Of a stretch of 64,000 bases of DNA, positions 39,684 through 49,795 are shown one piece after another. This DNA is from a virus (lineage: Duplodnaviria > Caudoviricetes), in the IMG/VR virus record IMGVR_UViG_3300044796_000401. One strand, 5' to 3'. Numbering within the stretch: position 1 is the stretch's first letter; each line of letters opens with the position of its first letter. The translations under genes and the position numbers were made by a program. The notes beneath the pieces are model-generated. The model saw only the letters and a list, made by a program, of their open reading frames with translations, was not told the DNA's origin and did no database searches.

Positions 39684-40928
39684 CTCCCAATTGTTGTTAA
39701 TAAGGGTGGTCAACCCATCAAGTTGTGATCGAAGAGTGGAAACTTCATGCTTGTCCTTCAGCCGCCAGAGGGCGGTGCGTGGGAAACACAGGTACACGGG
39801 GGGCGAAGGCCCCCTACGACTAGGGGTTAGACAGACGGAATTTGGGAGTAATTGGGGGGCTAGGCGGCGGCTTTGATCAGACCGGCGGCGATGCAGAGGG
39901 CGCACTTCGCACTGGGCTTGGGGAGATAGAACTTGCCGCTGCGAGAGTAGCCGTTGACATGCCAATGAAGGTGGTTGGACATACGACCAGCTTGGGAAGA
40001 AATCTTCTGAAGATGCCCGTTCTCAACATTATTACGCCCGTTCCGTCGTGCCGCCGCTCTTGTTTGTGGTAAATCTTGAAGGGCTTGTATCTGACCCCTT
40101 TCCGCCGCCTCACACCCGCTCTTAAGACCGCCCCTGCGACTGTCTTCTGTCCTCTGCTTTAATGTACGCCCAAACAATCCTGTTTTGTTTTTGAAGTTCT
40201 TGCGACCTTGAGTGCGGCCGTTTTTTCGTTGCGCTTCTTTTGTTTGCGGCAAGTTGCGGATGCGGTCCCATTCACCACTTTCCACAATTTGACGGCCCCG
40301 AATGGGACCTTGAATGAGCCCAGCTTTACGCCCATCTTCCGACATCTTTTCAGGTGTACGTCCACAAAAACCTGTCTTGTTTTTTGCATTGCTGCGACCA
40401 CCAGCCCGAGGACCTATACCAACCCGAAACTCAAGTTCAAGCAGTTCGACATCGGTGTACGTGTGCGGCCTGCCAACGGCCTTGTCCAGCCCCAGAGAGA
40501 ACCACAGTTTCCGCGACTTTCCAAGTTTTACATGGTTGCACCGGCAGTGCACCGCCTTCAAATTCATCGGCGCGTTGGCTAACGCAATAGCTTCCTCGAT
40601 GGGCAAATCGGACTTTGCGATCCATATGACGGGGATGCTATGATCAAGAGCCGCCAAGATCAAATCCTGAATCCCCTCCCCGCACAGGTCGCACAGCCGC
40701 CGCTGGTTCTTATAGCACGCTTCGAGGAGATCGGGCGTTGCGTTGCGGATAAGCTTGGCGCGTGTTTTGATTTCGGCCTTGGTCATGACGTTGTCCTACC
40801 TATAGGATACGGCCAAAAATGGTAAATCGGCTATCCGTAAGTGGCTGATTATCATAGGTTTGGATAGTGGGCCTAGTTGTCCGAGGTTACTCCCAATTGT
40901 TGTTAATAAGGGTGGTCAACCCATCAAG
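39684..40928. repeat. 39-bp exact direct repeat (39684-39722 and 40890-40928) flanking an HNH gene
   Basis: CTCCCAATTGTTGTTAATAAGGGTGGTCAACCCATCAAG in both places; encodes the LDGLTTLINNNWE end of ORF 40887. Confidence 0.9.
39860..40786 (-). CDS. HNH endonuclease with GRKN/GRNN repeats and C-terminal H-H-C-C finger
   Basis: CDLCG...LDHSIP...NLKAVHCRCNHVK. Confidence 0.75.
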   Translation of the reverse strand: MTKAEIKTRAKLIRNATPDLLEACYKNQRRLCDLCGEGIQDLILAALDHSIPVIWIAKSDLPIEEAIALANAPMNLKAVHCRCNHVKLGKSRKLWFSLGLDKAVGRPHTYTDVELLELEFRVGIGPRAGGRSNAKNKTGFCGRTPEKMSEDGRKAGLIQGPIRGRQIVESGEWDRIRNLPQTKEAQRKNGRTQGRKNFKNKTGLFGRTLKQRTEDSRRGGLKSGCEAAERGQIQALQDLPQTRAAARRNGRNNVENGHLQKISSQAGRMSNHLHWHVNGYSRSGKFYLPKPSAKCALCIAAGLIKAAA

Positions 40929-41339
40929 GTCAGTTACCGAGCGCATTTTAGAACGGGGGGTAATTTGCTCTTGTAGCCAACGGATGGAGCAAGGCTTTTG
41001 ACCCCCGCCACCGTGAACAACATAGGTAGGAATACCCGTCTTTTTTATGTTTTCGTGAAGGAAAACAAACTTTTCGTCCACTGAACCTTTGCTTTTTTGA
41101 TATTTGCATTCGATGCACTTCTTGCTGCCGTCTCGCTCCGTTATCAAAATATCCACGTGCCGCTTAGACCCGTAGACGGTTTCCCCGACATAAACATGCC
41201 GCTGAAAGGTTTTTTCTCCCGCAACGGGGGGCTGTTCCTTATAGCCGTTTTCCTCCAAGAGAGGCACGATTTGCCTTTCGAGAATCCGCCCGTTTTTGTT
41301 GGCTTCCCCTCCTGATGTTCGTTTTTTATTTCTTGGCAT
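40887..41339 (-). CDS. PD-(D/E)XK restriction-endonuclease-like protein
   Basis: G..LE..I, VDILI, IECKYQ...GSVDEK; AGGAGG RBS; overlaps the MTase 3' end. Confidence 0.7.
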   Translation of the reverse strand: MPRNKKRTSGGEANKNGRILERQIVPLLEENGYKEQPPVAGEKTFQRHVYVGETVYGSKRHVDILITERDGSKKCIECKYQKSKGSVDEKFVFLHENIKKTGIPTYVVHGGGGQKPCSIRWLQEQITPRSKMRSVTDLDGLTTLINNNWE

Positions 41340-42000
41340 GGTCAATCCTCCTGAGTTGTTGTTGCGCGAACTTGACGTACACCGGGTCCATCTCAAAACC
41401 CAAGTATTGACGATTGAGATTTTTGGCGGCGAGTAAGACCGTTCCGCTGCCAGCGAAGGGGTCACAAACCAAATCCCCCTCATTCGTGGTTAAAATGATG
41501 ATTCTCCGTGCAAGTTCATACGGGATGGGGCATGGGTGGGGGTTTTCTTTTTTGCTGACATTCTTGACTTGATTGATCTCCCACCAATCATATAGCTTGC
41601 AGGCTTTGCCCTCCGCGATGCGCTTGGCGATGCGTTTGTCCGTGGGGTTTTTGTAGGGCTGTGTGATCCTGCGCATATCGGGCTTGCAGTTAAACCATGT
41701 GATTGAGCGATGCTGCTTTGCGGTGTTCGACGGATAGACCCAAGCAACCGACTGCTCCGCTTGTCCGAGTAAGCCGCCGCCCAAAAGATTGATGGTCTCT
41801 TCCGGGTAGTGTATGACAACAGATTTCCTGTCTTTGAAAGCCGCCGCCAGCAATTGGCGGTATTCCTGTAAGGCCAAAGAGTCTCCATACTCGGCGTAGT
41901 GGTACCCTTGGTTATACGGCGGATCGGAGATAATGTAAGCATCGGGAGGAACGTCAGCCATCAACTTTTGGCAGTCACCGAGTACGATTCTGTTTATCAT
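41326..42000 (-). CDS. DNA N6-adenine/N4-cytosine methyltransferase (beta class)
   Basis: GDC, DPPY, HPCPIP, DPFAGSGT. Confidence 0.9.
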   Translation of the reverse strand: MINRIVLGDCQKLMADVPPDAYIISDPPYNQGYHYAEYGDSLALQEYRQLLAAAFKDRKSVVIHYPEETINLLGGGLLGQAEQSVAWVYPSNTAKQHRSITWFNCKPDMRRITQPYKNPTDKRIAKRIAEGKACKLYDWWEINQVKNVSKKENPHPCPIPYELARRIIILTTNEGDLVCDPFAGSGTVLLAAKNLNRQYLGFEMDPVYVKFAQQQLRRIDHAKK

Positions 42001-42335
42001 CACGAGTTTCCTTCCACGGCGTCAAACCAAGTCTTGCCTTGGGTCAACCGCTCGTAAGTGATTCTGCAACCTGCGACCGCATCCACGAAACTGTCAAGCC
42101 GCTCCCACGTATGCCCGCCAACGTTCCCCGCGTTGAGCCTGAACGCAAACTCGTCCACATATCGCCCGAGATGCTTCTTGCTAGCGTGGTGGTAGACTCC
42201 GTGAAGTCCCCGCTTCATCACGGCCCACACGCTCTCAATACCGTTCGTGTGGACATTCCCACGAACATATTCATCCTTGATGTGCGAGACCGTCTGGACT
42301 TCATAGCCGAGGATCATCGCTTCCCCAACTCGCAC
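42000..42335 (-). pseudogene. IS1595-family (ISXO2-like) transposase, C-terminal fragment
   Basis: TVSH..EYVRGNVHTNGIESVWAVMKRGLHGVYHH.S.KHL.RYVDEFAFRLN; N-terminus absent. Confidence 0.85.
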
Positions 42336-42661
42336 TCGACGATGACCCGCAGGATGTCCTTGGACAGCGGGCTGAGTTCGATGCCGTTCTCGTTCTTCAC
42401 GGCGGCGATCAATTCTTCCAGCTTAGATTCGAGCGTGTTGGCTTGCGCGGGGGTCATCCGCGGTCCTTGATCGCCCGCAGGATTTCGGCATGGCGTTCAT
42501 CCCGTTCTTTTTCCCAAGTCTGCACGATGGAAAACGCCAAGCAGCCGAAGCCGATGCACGCCAGCACTTGACTGTGACTGCCGGTAATCCACGCAATCAG
42601 ACCGCAAAGTAAAAAGACCAGAAAGAATATCGCGGGCATGGCATTTCTCCTTTACACCCCT

Positions 42662-42690
42662 AGTATACAGCGGCGCGGGGATTTTAGCTA
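42662..42690 (-). promoter_or_regulatory. Promoter TAGCTA-17-TATACT on the minus strand
   Basis: Reverse complement TAGCTAAAATCCCCGCGCCGCTGTATACT, upstream of membrane ORF 42454-42639. Confidence 0.7.
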
Positions 42691-43499
42691 CCTATAACCC
42701 CTTGAAAATCAGATATTTGGGGGAAGACTACTCGGATTCCGCAACGGTAAGCCCGCCAAGGCTGCCGGATTTCGGTTTTTTCCATGTTTCGGGATGCTTC
42801 AAGTCGGCGTGGTCTGGACTGGGGCGGAACCGTCCTTTGGACCAAACTATGAAAGGGCACGTTTCCCCGGCTTTTCCTTCGAGCACGAAGTCAGCGAATT
42901 CCCAGTACCAAGGCTGGTTGTCGGGAATTGGGTATTCTCGCCATGAAAGGAGGTTTTCAATTTCGTTAAAGAACGATTCGGCCTTAAGCTGGTCGCCTCC
43001 CGCCAGCCTGAGAAATTCCTCGGCGATATCTAGAAGGCGCTTGGCGTTGCAGTTGTACAGGCTCGGTTCGAGCTTTTTACCGGGCATGCTCGTCTCGCAA
43101 AGCCTTCAAATATTCTTTGAACGCTTGAAGCCTCTGCGTCGAGCCTTGGGGATGGGCAAAAGCCGCGGCGAACAGTTCTTGGGACTTGCGGCGTGCGGGA
43201 ATCTTCATTGCCGCCTCATGGGCGGAAAACACGGTTTGGTTGGCTTCCGCTACGGCTTGTTTTGGCTGTGCGCCCATGCCGTCCATCTTAGTGGAGTTCT
43301 TCTGTTTTGTCAAATGCTTCTTCCATGCCTTTTCGGCAGCTTGCAGCACGGATTCCATTGTTTCAGGAGATGCCATGGTTTGCCCTCTGTTATGGGTTTT
43401 ATAGTCGTCTAATACTGAAAAATCAGCCGCTTGGATGTTGTTTTAGGCTGGCTTTCCAAATCCCGTCTATCCGAGCCCTTTAGGTAGGGAGGCCGACCG

Positions 43500-45590
43500 T
43501 TGTCCAAGCTGCTCCAGATGGATTTCCACAAGGGGTTTGTTGCCTTGGACGAATGTGCCGAGGTGCCATGGGCATCCGACCTCGAACGCTGGGACGAACT
43601 GTGCGAGGCGGAAGAGGAAGAGATGGCTCCGGCTTCCCTCACCTCGGAAGAGGCGGAGGAGAAGTACCGCCTCGGCCCGTCGTCCGAGACCCGCATAGCC
43701 GCCGAGAAGCCCAAAGCCGTCCCGATGCCGCAGGAGATCGACGACGACGGCTGGGTGACGCCACAGGGCAGATGGATTCATGTCGGCGTCGCCGAGACGC
43801 ATGCCGACATCGCCGCGGACTTCGGGTTCCGGGGCAAAGACCCGGTGCGGGAAGCCATCGACGCCGGATATGTGCGGGTGGTCGTGTGGCTGGAGAAGGG
43901 AACGGCTTTCCTCCTGTTCCGGAGCGCAGCCGACGCGCTGCGCCGCGCCGGGGAAATCATGCGCCGCTTCCCCGCGGGGATCGGGACTGTCGGCATGGAA
44001 TACGGCCAAGGCAAGTTCCTCGAAATGCCCTTCGAGATAGCCGAGGAAAAATTTCCCGGCGGCAGCCTCATGTCCGTGACGGCGGCGAAGCGTGAAAAAC
44101 CCGCCAGCAAAACAGCCGGGGAGCACATCCTCGGAGGCATGCCCAATCCCCTGACCCTCGTGGACACGCGACCGGACATCATCGAGGACTGGGTCTACTT
44201 GCCGGAGCGGGACCGCAAGGAGATGCTTTCCGAGGCCAAGGAGATCATGGTCGATCCGAACGACCTGAAGACGGACCAGCTTACCGTGGGCAAGGACGAG
44301 GTGGAGGAGCTTGTAAAGAACATCGGCAGCATCGACGAGCCCACGGAGAGCACGGACGAGGAGCATCTCGCCCACCCGCTGGTCCTCGGAACCGATCAGG
44401 GCATGTTCGTGTTCGACGGCAACCACCGCTGCTCCGCCGCCAAGCTCGCTGGCGTGCCGATCAAGGTGCTGTACATAAACTTGCACCCGATGGAAGACCT
44501 CGTGGGGGACGATGATTGGGGCAAGACCGGGGTGAGCAAACTGGCATCCATCGACACAAACACTCGTGTCCTCTACCATGGAACAAATAAGGATGAGGAT
44601 TTCAATGAGGTTAAACCCGACATGTACGGAATCTTGTGGCTTGCTGAAACAGATGCCGCTCAAGACTACACGATCCGCAGCTATCGCGAAGGTGAGCCCC
44701 GTCTGTTTGAGGTTCGATTGAAGTCAAACACCAAGCTGATAGACATCCGCGACCTATCCGATCCCATCGTGCGGGAGTACAAGGAAGTCGAGTTCCCCGA
44801 TACACTGGACGCCGAATACTTGGAGCGTTGGGCGACATGGCGTCGCGTGGAGGGCAGCCCAAAGCTGGTGAAGTTCATGAAGGATCGGGGCGTCGATGGG
44901 GTCATCGTCAATGACCAACTGAAGCGGGGGCGTCCGCACGACAGCGTGGCCCTTTTCAACCGTGACAAGATCGAGTCACAGAAAGTAGTAAAGACCGCCG
45001 ACAGGTACAATCCCGAGGGCTTCTGGGCGGGCGAAGGCGACGCCGCGTCCGGCATCCTCCCTGTATGCCCCGCCACGGGGCGTGTGGGGCTCGCCATGCG
45101 CTCCGGAGCCGTGGACTATCCCCATACGTATTCCACGGTGGGAGGGGCTGTCAAATCGGGAATGTCGCCCCAGCAGAGCGCCAAGGCGGAACTCAAGGAA
45201 GAGACCGGATACGGCGGCGGAATCAATTTGATCCCCGCATACACCTTTGCGTCCGGGGGCGGATTTAAATACCACAACTTCATCGGCGTGGTTGGCAAGG
45301 AGTTCGGGCTGCATCCCCAAAAGGGCGAGAGCGCGAACCTCGCGTTCGAGGACGAGAACGTCGGCATCGACTGGGTGCCGTTCCAAGAGGTGCTGGACGA
45401 CATCAAGGCGAACAGCGGCAAGTACCACCCGGAATTCGCCAAGTTCCTGGCCAACTCCGAGCAGGCCATCAGGCGGGCGCTGCGCGAGGAGCGGCATGGC
45501 GTCTCGAAGAAAGAGGCCTCCGGCGAGAAGCTCATGCCGGGACGGATCGCCGCCATGCTCGCAACCAAGACTGCCACTATTTCTTCTTGA
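43500..45590 (+). CDS. Polyvalent protein: unknown domain, ParB/Srx-like, ART-like and NUDIX hydrolase
   Basis: FDGNHRCSAA; LYHGT..LWL..LFEV..GVDGVI; GGAVKSGMSPQQSAKAELKEETG Nudix box. GGGAGG RBS, TTG start. Confidence 0.75.
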   Translation: MSKLLQMDFHKGFVALDECAEVPWASDLERWDELCEAEEEEMAPASLTSEEAEEKYRLGPSSETRIAAEKPKAVPMPQEIDDDGWVTPQGRWIHVGVAETHADIAADFGFRGKDPVREAIDAGYVRVVVWLEKGTAFLLFRSAADALRRAGEIMRRFPAGIGTVGMEYGQGKFLEMPFEIAEEKFPGGSLMSVTAAKREKPASKTAGEHILGGMPNPLTLVDTRPDIIEDWVYLPERDRKEMLSEAKEIMVDPNDLKTDQLTVGKDEVEELVKNIGSIDEPTESTDEEHLAHPLVLGTDQGMFVFDGNHRCSAAKLAGVPIKVLYINLHPMEDLVGDDDWGKTGVSKLASIDTNTRVLYHGTNKDEDFNEVKPDMYGILWLAETDAAQDYTIRSYREGEPRLFEVRLKSNTKLIDIRDLSDPIVREYKEVEFPDTLDAEYLERWATWRRVEGSPKLVKFMKDRGVDGVIVNDQLKRGRPHDSVALFNRDKIESQKVVKTADRYNPEGFWAGEGDAASGILPVCPATGRVGLAMRSGAVDYPHTYSTVGGAVKSGMSPQQSAKAELKEETGYGGGINLIPAYTFASGGGFKYHNFIGVVGKEFGLHPQKGESANLAFEDENVGIDWVPFQEVLDDIKANSGKYHPEFAKFLANSEQAIRRALREERHGVSKKEASGEKLMPGRIAAMLATKTATISS

Positions 45591-45673
45591 GCCCGATCTT
45601 CTTCATCGTTGCGCCGATGTCTTCGCAGTCGGCGCACGGAACAACTTTCCCGCATTCCTTGGCGCGTCGGGTT

Positions 45674-47464
45674 TTATCCGCTCTCGTCCTTCCATCCTTC
45701 CGGGGCGCATGCGGGGCAAAGCGTCGAATACCATCCGCCCCGCTGCCCGAGCTTGCCGGGCTTGCCGCACGCCTCGCAGGTGATTCCCGAAAGCCTTTCC
45801 GCTTCCCTGATGAAGGAGCGGATTTTGTCATTGCAAGAGCAGTAGAATCTGAGGCTGTTTCCACTCCATACAGATTTCCCGTTTCGCCGCACGTATAGTA
45901 GTCCGTTTGGAACAGTGGCGCAGTGCACCTTACCTGTGTACCCCAACCACCCCTCCTTGGCGTTCGCTGGCACGGTATGCCGAAAGCTTTTCTTCATCCA
46001 GCTAATACAAAAACAGGGAAAGTTACCTTTAATAACTCGTCCGTTTCTTAAAACAGTAGTGCTTGGCGGACGGGTATCCACGTCAGCGACATCCCCCGCT
46101 TTCAAAATCAACTCAGTCGCATCATCTGACAATTTTGGAGATACAGTATACAAGGTATGCGCGGTGCGGGCTTTGTGCCCATCTCCAGCGAATAAGGCAT
46201 CCAGAAAAATCCGTATCTGGTCCGGGGGCAGTTCCTTGATAAAAGACGGAACATGTTTGTTCTCGGCAAAATGCCCACATTCGTCCAAAAGCCAAGGGGC
46301 TAGCTGCGCATCATAAAAATTATAAACGACCGCCGATTTGTCTTCCATGCTTGGGATCGGATCATAGCCTATGGCTTTGATGGCCGCTTCGACTGTCTGC
46401 CTCTCAATACCCCCATCCGCATTGTTGGCGCTTATGCTGATTTGAGATATGTTGATCTGATCAGAAGAGCAACAGCCCTCAGCCACATACCAGCCAAGAA
46501 AAGTCAACCACGCCCCCATGGGCACGCTTCGCACTTCCCGAATGTACCCGCGGGTCATAAGGGTTCCGTCCGACCGGAAAGGATTTCGAGTTTGATTGGA
46601 TCGACGATATTCGGGCAAAAGGAATTCATCCTGTTGCCGCCCCAGCCACAAAGCGCCCTTTTGCATGTCTTTCTTTTTTCCAAAAAACTCATGGGGAAGA
46701 TGAAAGCCAAGCGGATAAATCCGTTTTACAAGCGGGGGTAGGTACCTTCCAAACCAGAACGGAGCCTTGGCTAAATAAAGGCGATGGTTGGGAGTGACAA
46801 GCAAATCTACCCCACGAGACTCAAGAAAGTACATGGGTCCAGCGTAATCATAGGCGATCAAATCATTTGGCTTTTGATAGACGAGAAATCCGTGTTCATC
46901 CAGCGTAGCCAGATCGTCTTCCATCGTTAATGACGAGAAAAGCTTCCAACCACCCTTTGTAAGGGTTTCCGTTTTTTCATCGTAGCAGCCGAACTTTTCC
47001 TTGACTTGGTCCACCGCCAGCCCCGTGGACGGGAACCAGGCGAGATTTTTCAGCCCGAGGCGCGTGATATTGAAGTTCCCGGCCTTGCGGTGCTTGCCGA
47101 AAACGGCCTGTATGATGCGTTCGTCCCAAGCTGGCTTTCCTTCGTGCACGACAAAGCGGCAGGGATCGTCCTTGGTGCCCGCGCCCAGAGTTTCCCGCGT
47201 GTTCCGCGTTACGGGAGACAGCCGATAAACAAGGCGGTTCCAGCGCACGGAAAGCCGCTTTTTGAAGAGCAGCCAAAGGCCGGGAAAGGCGCTGTCATAC
47301 CCCATCTCGGCATTGATCGCCTCGGAAAGGTTCCAGATTATGCCAAACCAGCCATCGCCGCATGAAAAGCCCCAGCACATGCAGGTCTGGGTCATCGGGC
47401 TGTAGTAGTCTTGGTACAGCACGGGGAAGGCTTCCAGCAAACGCTTGGTGTTTTCCTTGTTCAT
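45674..47464 (-). CDS. Conserved phage protein (QVKEKFG-LRFY, CE.CG finger) interrupted by an intein
   Basis: Extein rejoins as QVKEKFG|SLRFY; GAGG RBS before ATG at 47464. Confidence 0.75.
   Translation of the reverse strand: MNKENTKRLLEAFPVLYQDYYSPMTQTCMCWGFSCGDGWFGIIWNLSEAINAEMGYDSAFPGLWLLFKKRLSVRWNRLVYRLSPVTRNTRETLGAGTKDDPCRFVVHEGKPAWDERIIQAVFGKHRKAGNFNITRLGLKNLAWFPSTGLAVDQVKEKFGCYDEKTETLTKGGWKLFSSLTMEDDLATLDEHGFLVYQKPNDLIAYDYAGPMYFLESRGVDLLVTPNHRLYLAKAPFWFGRYLPPLVKRIYPLGFHLPHEFFGKKKDMQKGALWLGRQQDEFLLPEYRRSNQTRNPFRSDGTLMTRGYIREVRSVPMGAWLTFLGWYVAEGCCSSDQINISQISISANNADGGIERQTVEAAIKAIGYDPIPSMEDKSAVVYNFYDAQLAPWLLDECGHFAENKHVPSFIKELPPDQIRIFLDALFAGDGHKARTAHTLYTVSPKLSDDATELILKAGDVADVDTRPPSTTVLRNGRVIKGNFPCFCISWMKKSFRHTVPANAKEGWLGYTGKVHCATVPNGLLYVRRNGKSVWSGNSLRFYCSCNDKIRSFIREAERLSGITCEACGKPGKLGQRGGWYSTLCPACAPEGWKDESG
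45857..46987 (-). mobile_element. Intein (377 aa) with LAGLIDADG-type endonuclease
   Basis: Starts CYDEKTETLT, ends VHC..VPNG..YVRRNGK..WSGN before Ser; FLGWYVAEG and FLDALFAGDG blocks. Confidence 0.9.
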
Positions 47465-47709
47465 TTCATCCTCAGTTTGCAATTGTCGAAATGGTGCCGC
47501 ATCACCCCCGGCGGTGCTTTGCTGACCCCGCGGTGCGGACAAGTATACAGCTTTCGTTCGACACCCAAAGCCTTGCAGTTCTCAAAATGCCACCGCTTCA
47601 AGTCTAACGGCTTCCTCGGGTGAGACCTCGTTACGTTCCTCCAACATGAGCTTCGGGTGCTCATGCAAAAAATGGTACACATCATAGGCGTTGCTGATCT
47701 TATGCTTTT

Positions 47710-48153
47710 TCATGGCTTGTTCCCCGCCAAATCGAACCCGGTCACCTTGCCATCAACAAAATCGCGAGTTCGTTTCGGACTTTCCTCAGCCTCTCGCTCT
47801 TCCCGCTCTTTCCAGGCGAGTTTGTGCCGTTCAATTTTGGCTTGTGTTTCTGCGTCGCTGGCGGCGCTGAATGCTCTGACAACCGAAGCCCCAAGCCGCT
47901 TCTGCGCTCCGTTGAAGTACTTCGCAGCAAGACGGTCGTCTGTCAATTCGATGATGGGGGTATGCTTGCCTTCCCACGATACTTTGGCCATGGTGAGGGG
48001 CACGTCTTCCGTCTCGCACCGCGGACACACGTCAATGGGACCGAGCTTGTCCGGCGCAGGGCTAAACTCCCGTTCACATTCCCGGCAGGTCTGCTTTCTT
48101 ACCACGGTCCCTCCACCCACAGTATACCGCATCGGGGCGATTTTGACTAGCAT
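47710..48153 (-). CDS. Zn-ribbon hypothetical protein
   Basis: CREC...CPRC. Confidence 0.45.
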   Translation of the reverse strand: MLVKIAPMRYTVGGGTVVRKQTCRECEREFSPAPDKLGPIDVCPRCETEDVPLTMAKVSWEGKHTPIIELTDDRLAAKYFNGAQKRLGASVVRAFSAASDAETQAKIERHKLAWKEREEREAEESPKRTRDFVDGKVTGFDLAGNKP

Positions 48154-48154
48154 G

Positions 48155-48826
48155 CTAATCCCAAAGCGAAAAGAACGATTTCGTAAAACACGCCAGTCCT
48201 TCCTCGAAGATTTTCTGATCCCGTTCCTCAAGAAGGCGGCTGGCCTTGTAGCGGTCGTCGCTGACCTTGCACCATTCTTCCTTAGTTACGCCCTCGGGGC
48301 GATCCATGGGGTATTCGCCAAGCTCCTTCTCGTACAGGCCGTCGTTGATGCGCCACGCGGCCTCGAACCCGGCAATCATCTTGTCCATTGTGGCGTCCCA
48401 GTTGCGAATGGCGATCTCGTGGGCCTCTTCCGTGGGATTACCATCGGATTGAATGTATTCGGCCTCCGTGGGGAACATGGTCATGGGCGTGCCGTGCTTG
48501 TGCGCCTTGAGGCGGCGGAGGAAGGCGGGCATCATCGTGGGCTCGCAGAGGTACCAGTCGATGCTCCAAGCGTCGCGATCAGACCAGCCCCTACGGCCGC
48601 GCTGGATAAAGTACTTGATGTCGTAGTAAATGTCGCGGGGGTGGAAGACCTTGGTGTTGGCAAAGAAGCGATAGACAGCCCAGTAGACGTGGGTGTACCA
48701 CGGGTCTTTGCTGTCGTCCCAAAGACCCTCCCAGTAGTCATCATTGACTTCGATGAGTTCGTCGGGTTTACGGATGGGGGTATTGCGAAGGAAGGAATTG
48801 ACCTTCCGAAGTAGTTTGGGAAACAT
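48155..48826 (-). CDS. Hypothetical phage protein
   Basis: AGGAGAG RBS; aromatic-rich ORF. Confidence 0.6.
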   Translation of the reverse strand: MFPKLLRKVNSFLRNTPIRKPDELIEVNDDYWEGLWDDSKDPWYTHVYWAVYRFFANTKVFHPRDIYYDIKYFIQRGRRGWSDRDAWSIDWYLCEPTMMPAFLRRLKAHKHGTPMTMFPTEAEYIQSDGNPTEEAHEIAIRNWDATMDKMIAGFEAAWRINDGLYEKELGEYPMDRPEGVTKEEWCKVSDDRYKASRLLEERDQKIFEEGLACFTKSFFSLWD

Positions 48827-48980
48827 ATGCGTGCTCTCCTGTAGCACTAATACGGAGCTAATCGCATATGTTCTCCTTTCGGAAGATCAAGGAGAGGAAC
48901 CCCGTAGGGCTTCTGGAAGCCTCGTAAAGCTTCCTCGCCTCTCCTATCATAATACCGCGAAAGCCGGAAAAGTCAAGAGC

Positions 48981-49142
48981 TTAATACGGCAGAAGGAATG
49001 AAAGGCCCCAGCAAGCCAAGCCCCATCCGATGAAACGGAAACGGGCCGGTTCCGGAAGCCCCAGACCTGCGAGTATGAAAAGCACGGTGCCTGCGACTTG
49101 CAGGAACAACGCTATCGAAACGTGTGTATAAGATGGATGCAT
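48981..49142 (-). CDS. Small membrane protein (53 aa, not in ORF track)
   Basis: GAGGAG RBS; MHPSYTHVSIALFLQVAGTVLFILAGLG...IGWGLACWGLSFLLPY. Confidence 0.6.
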   Translation of the reverse strand: MHPSYTHVSIALFLQVAGTVLFILAGLGLPEPARFRFIGWGLACWGLSFLLPY

Positions 49143-49230
49143 AATAGCTCCTCAACGCTCGTTCGGCCCAGAATTCTACCCGATGAATCGAGCACTCTTA
49201 TAGGGTCGCTAAAGTCGGAAAAGTTGAGGT

Positions 49231-49422
49231 TCAACGCCCGAAATGGATATTGGACATAAGCCCCAAAACCCCAAAGACTTCCAAAAGCCACAGCACGAGG
49301 GCGATGAAGACGACGACGTTCAGGATTTTCTTGATCGGGGCTTCCATGGGAACGTAGCGGTTCACCAAGTACAGCAGCAGGCCGATTACCGTCAGGATAA
49401 CTATAAGCTGGATGACAAACAT
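49231..49422 (-). CDS. Thivi_2564-like small membrane protein
   Basis: L.VIGLLLYLVNRYVPM...IKKILNVVV....LWLL.VFG. Confidence 0.65.
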   Translation of the reverse strand: MFVIQLIVILTVIGLLLYLVNRYVPMEAPIKKILNVVVFIALVLWLLEVFGVLGLMSNIHFGR

Positions 49423-49795
49423 AGGTTGCTCCCCAACTATGGCGTTGAAAGTCCGGTTAGGACTTGGGCCGGATGTCCAGATCGTCCAAGCGCTCCGGCT
49501 TGCCGCCGAACTCCCGGACCAAGACGTAGTAGTTGACCGAGCGGGCCTCGGTGTCCACGCTAAGCTGTTCCTTCTTGCCGCCGTAGGACCGCAGGAGGAA
49601 CATCGGATGGGCGCGGCCGCACTCGCTGTCCACCTCCGGTCTTTGCGCCCAGTTGTGGTAGCGCAGGGAGTCCCGGAGGTTCTCGGGCGGCAGGGCCGTA
49701 AGCGGCGGATGGTTCCAGCCAAAGTATCGCTTCAGCCATGCGAGGATTCGGCGCATGCCTCATTATAGGCGGACAGGAAACAAAAAGCAAACAGT

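Larger units (their letters stand above)
39621..42335 (-). mobile_element. Possible IS1595-derived passenger-carrying element (transposase remnant, MTase, nuclease, HNH)
   Basis: Transposase stop overlaps the MTase start. GGGAATTATACGCTTGAT at 39621 resembles, from memory, IS1595-type termini. Confidence 0.35.
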
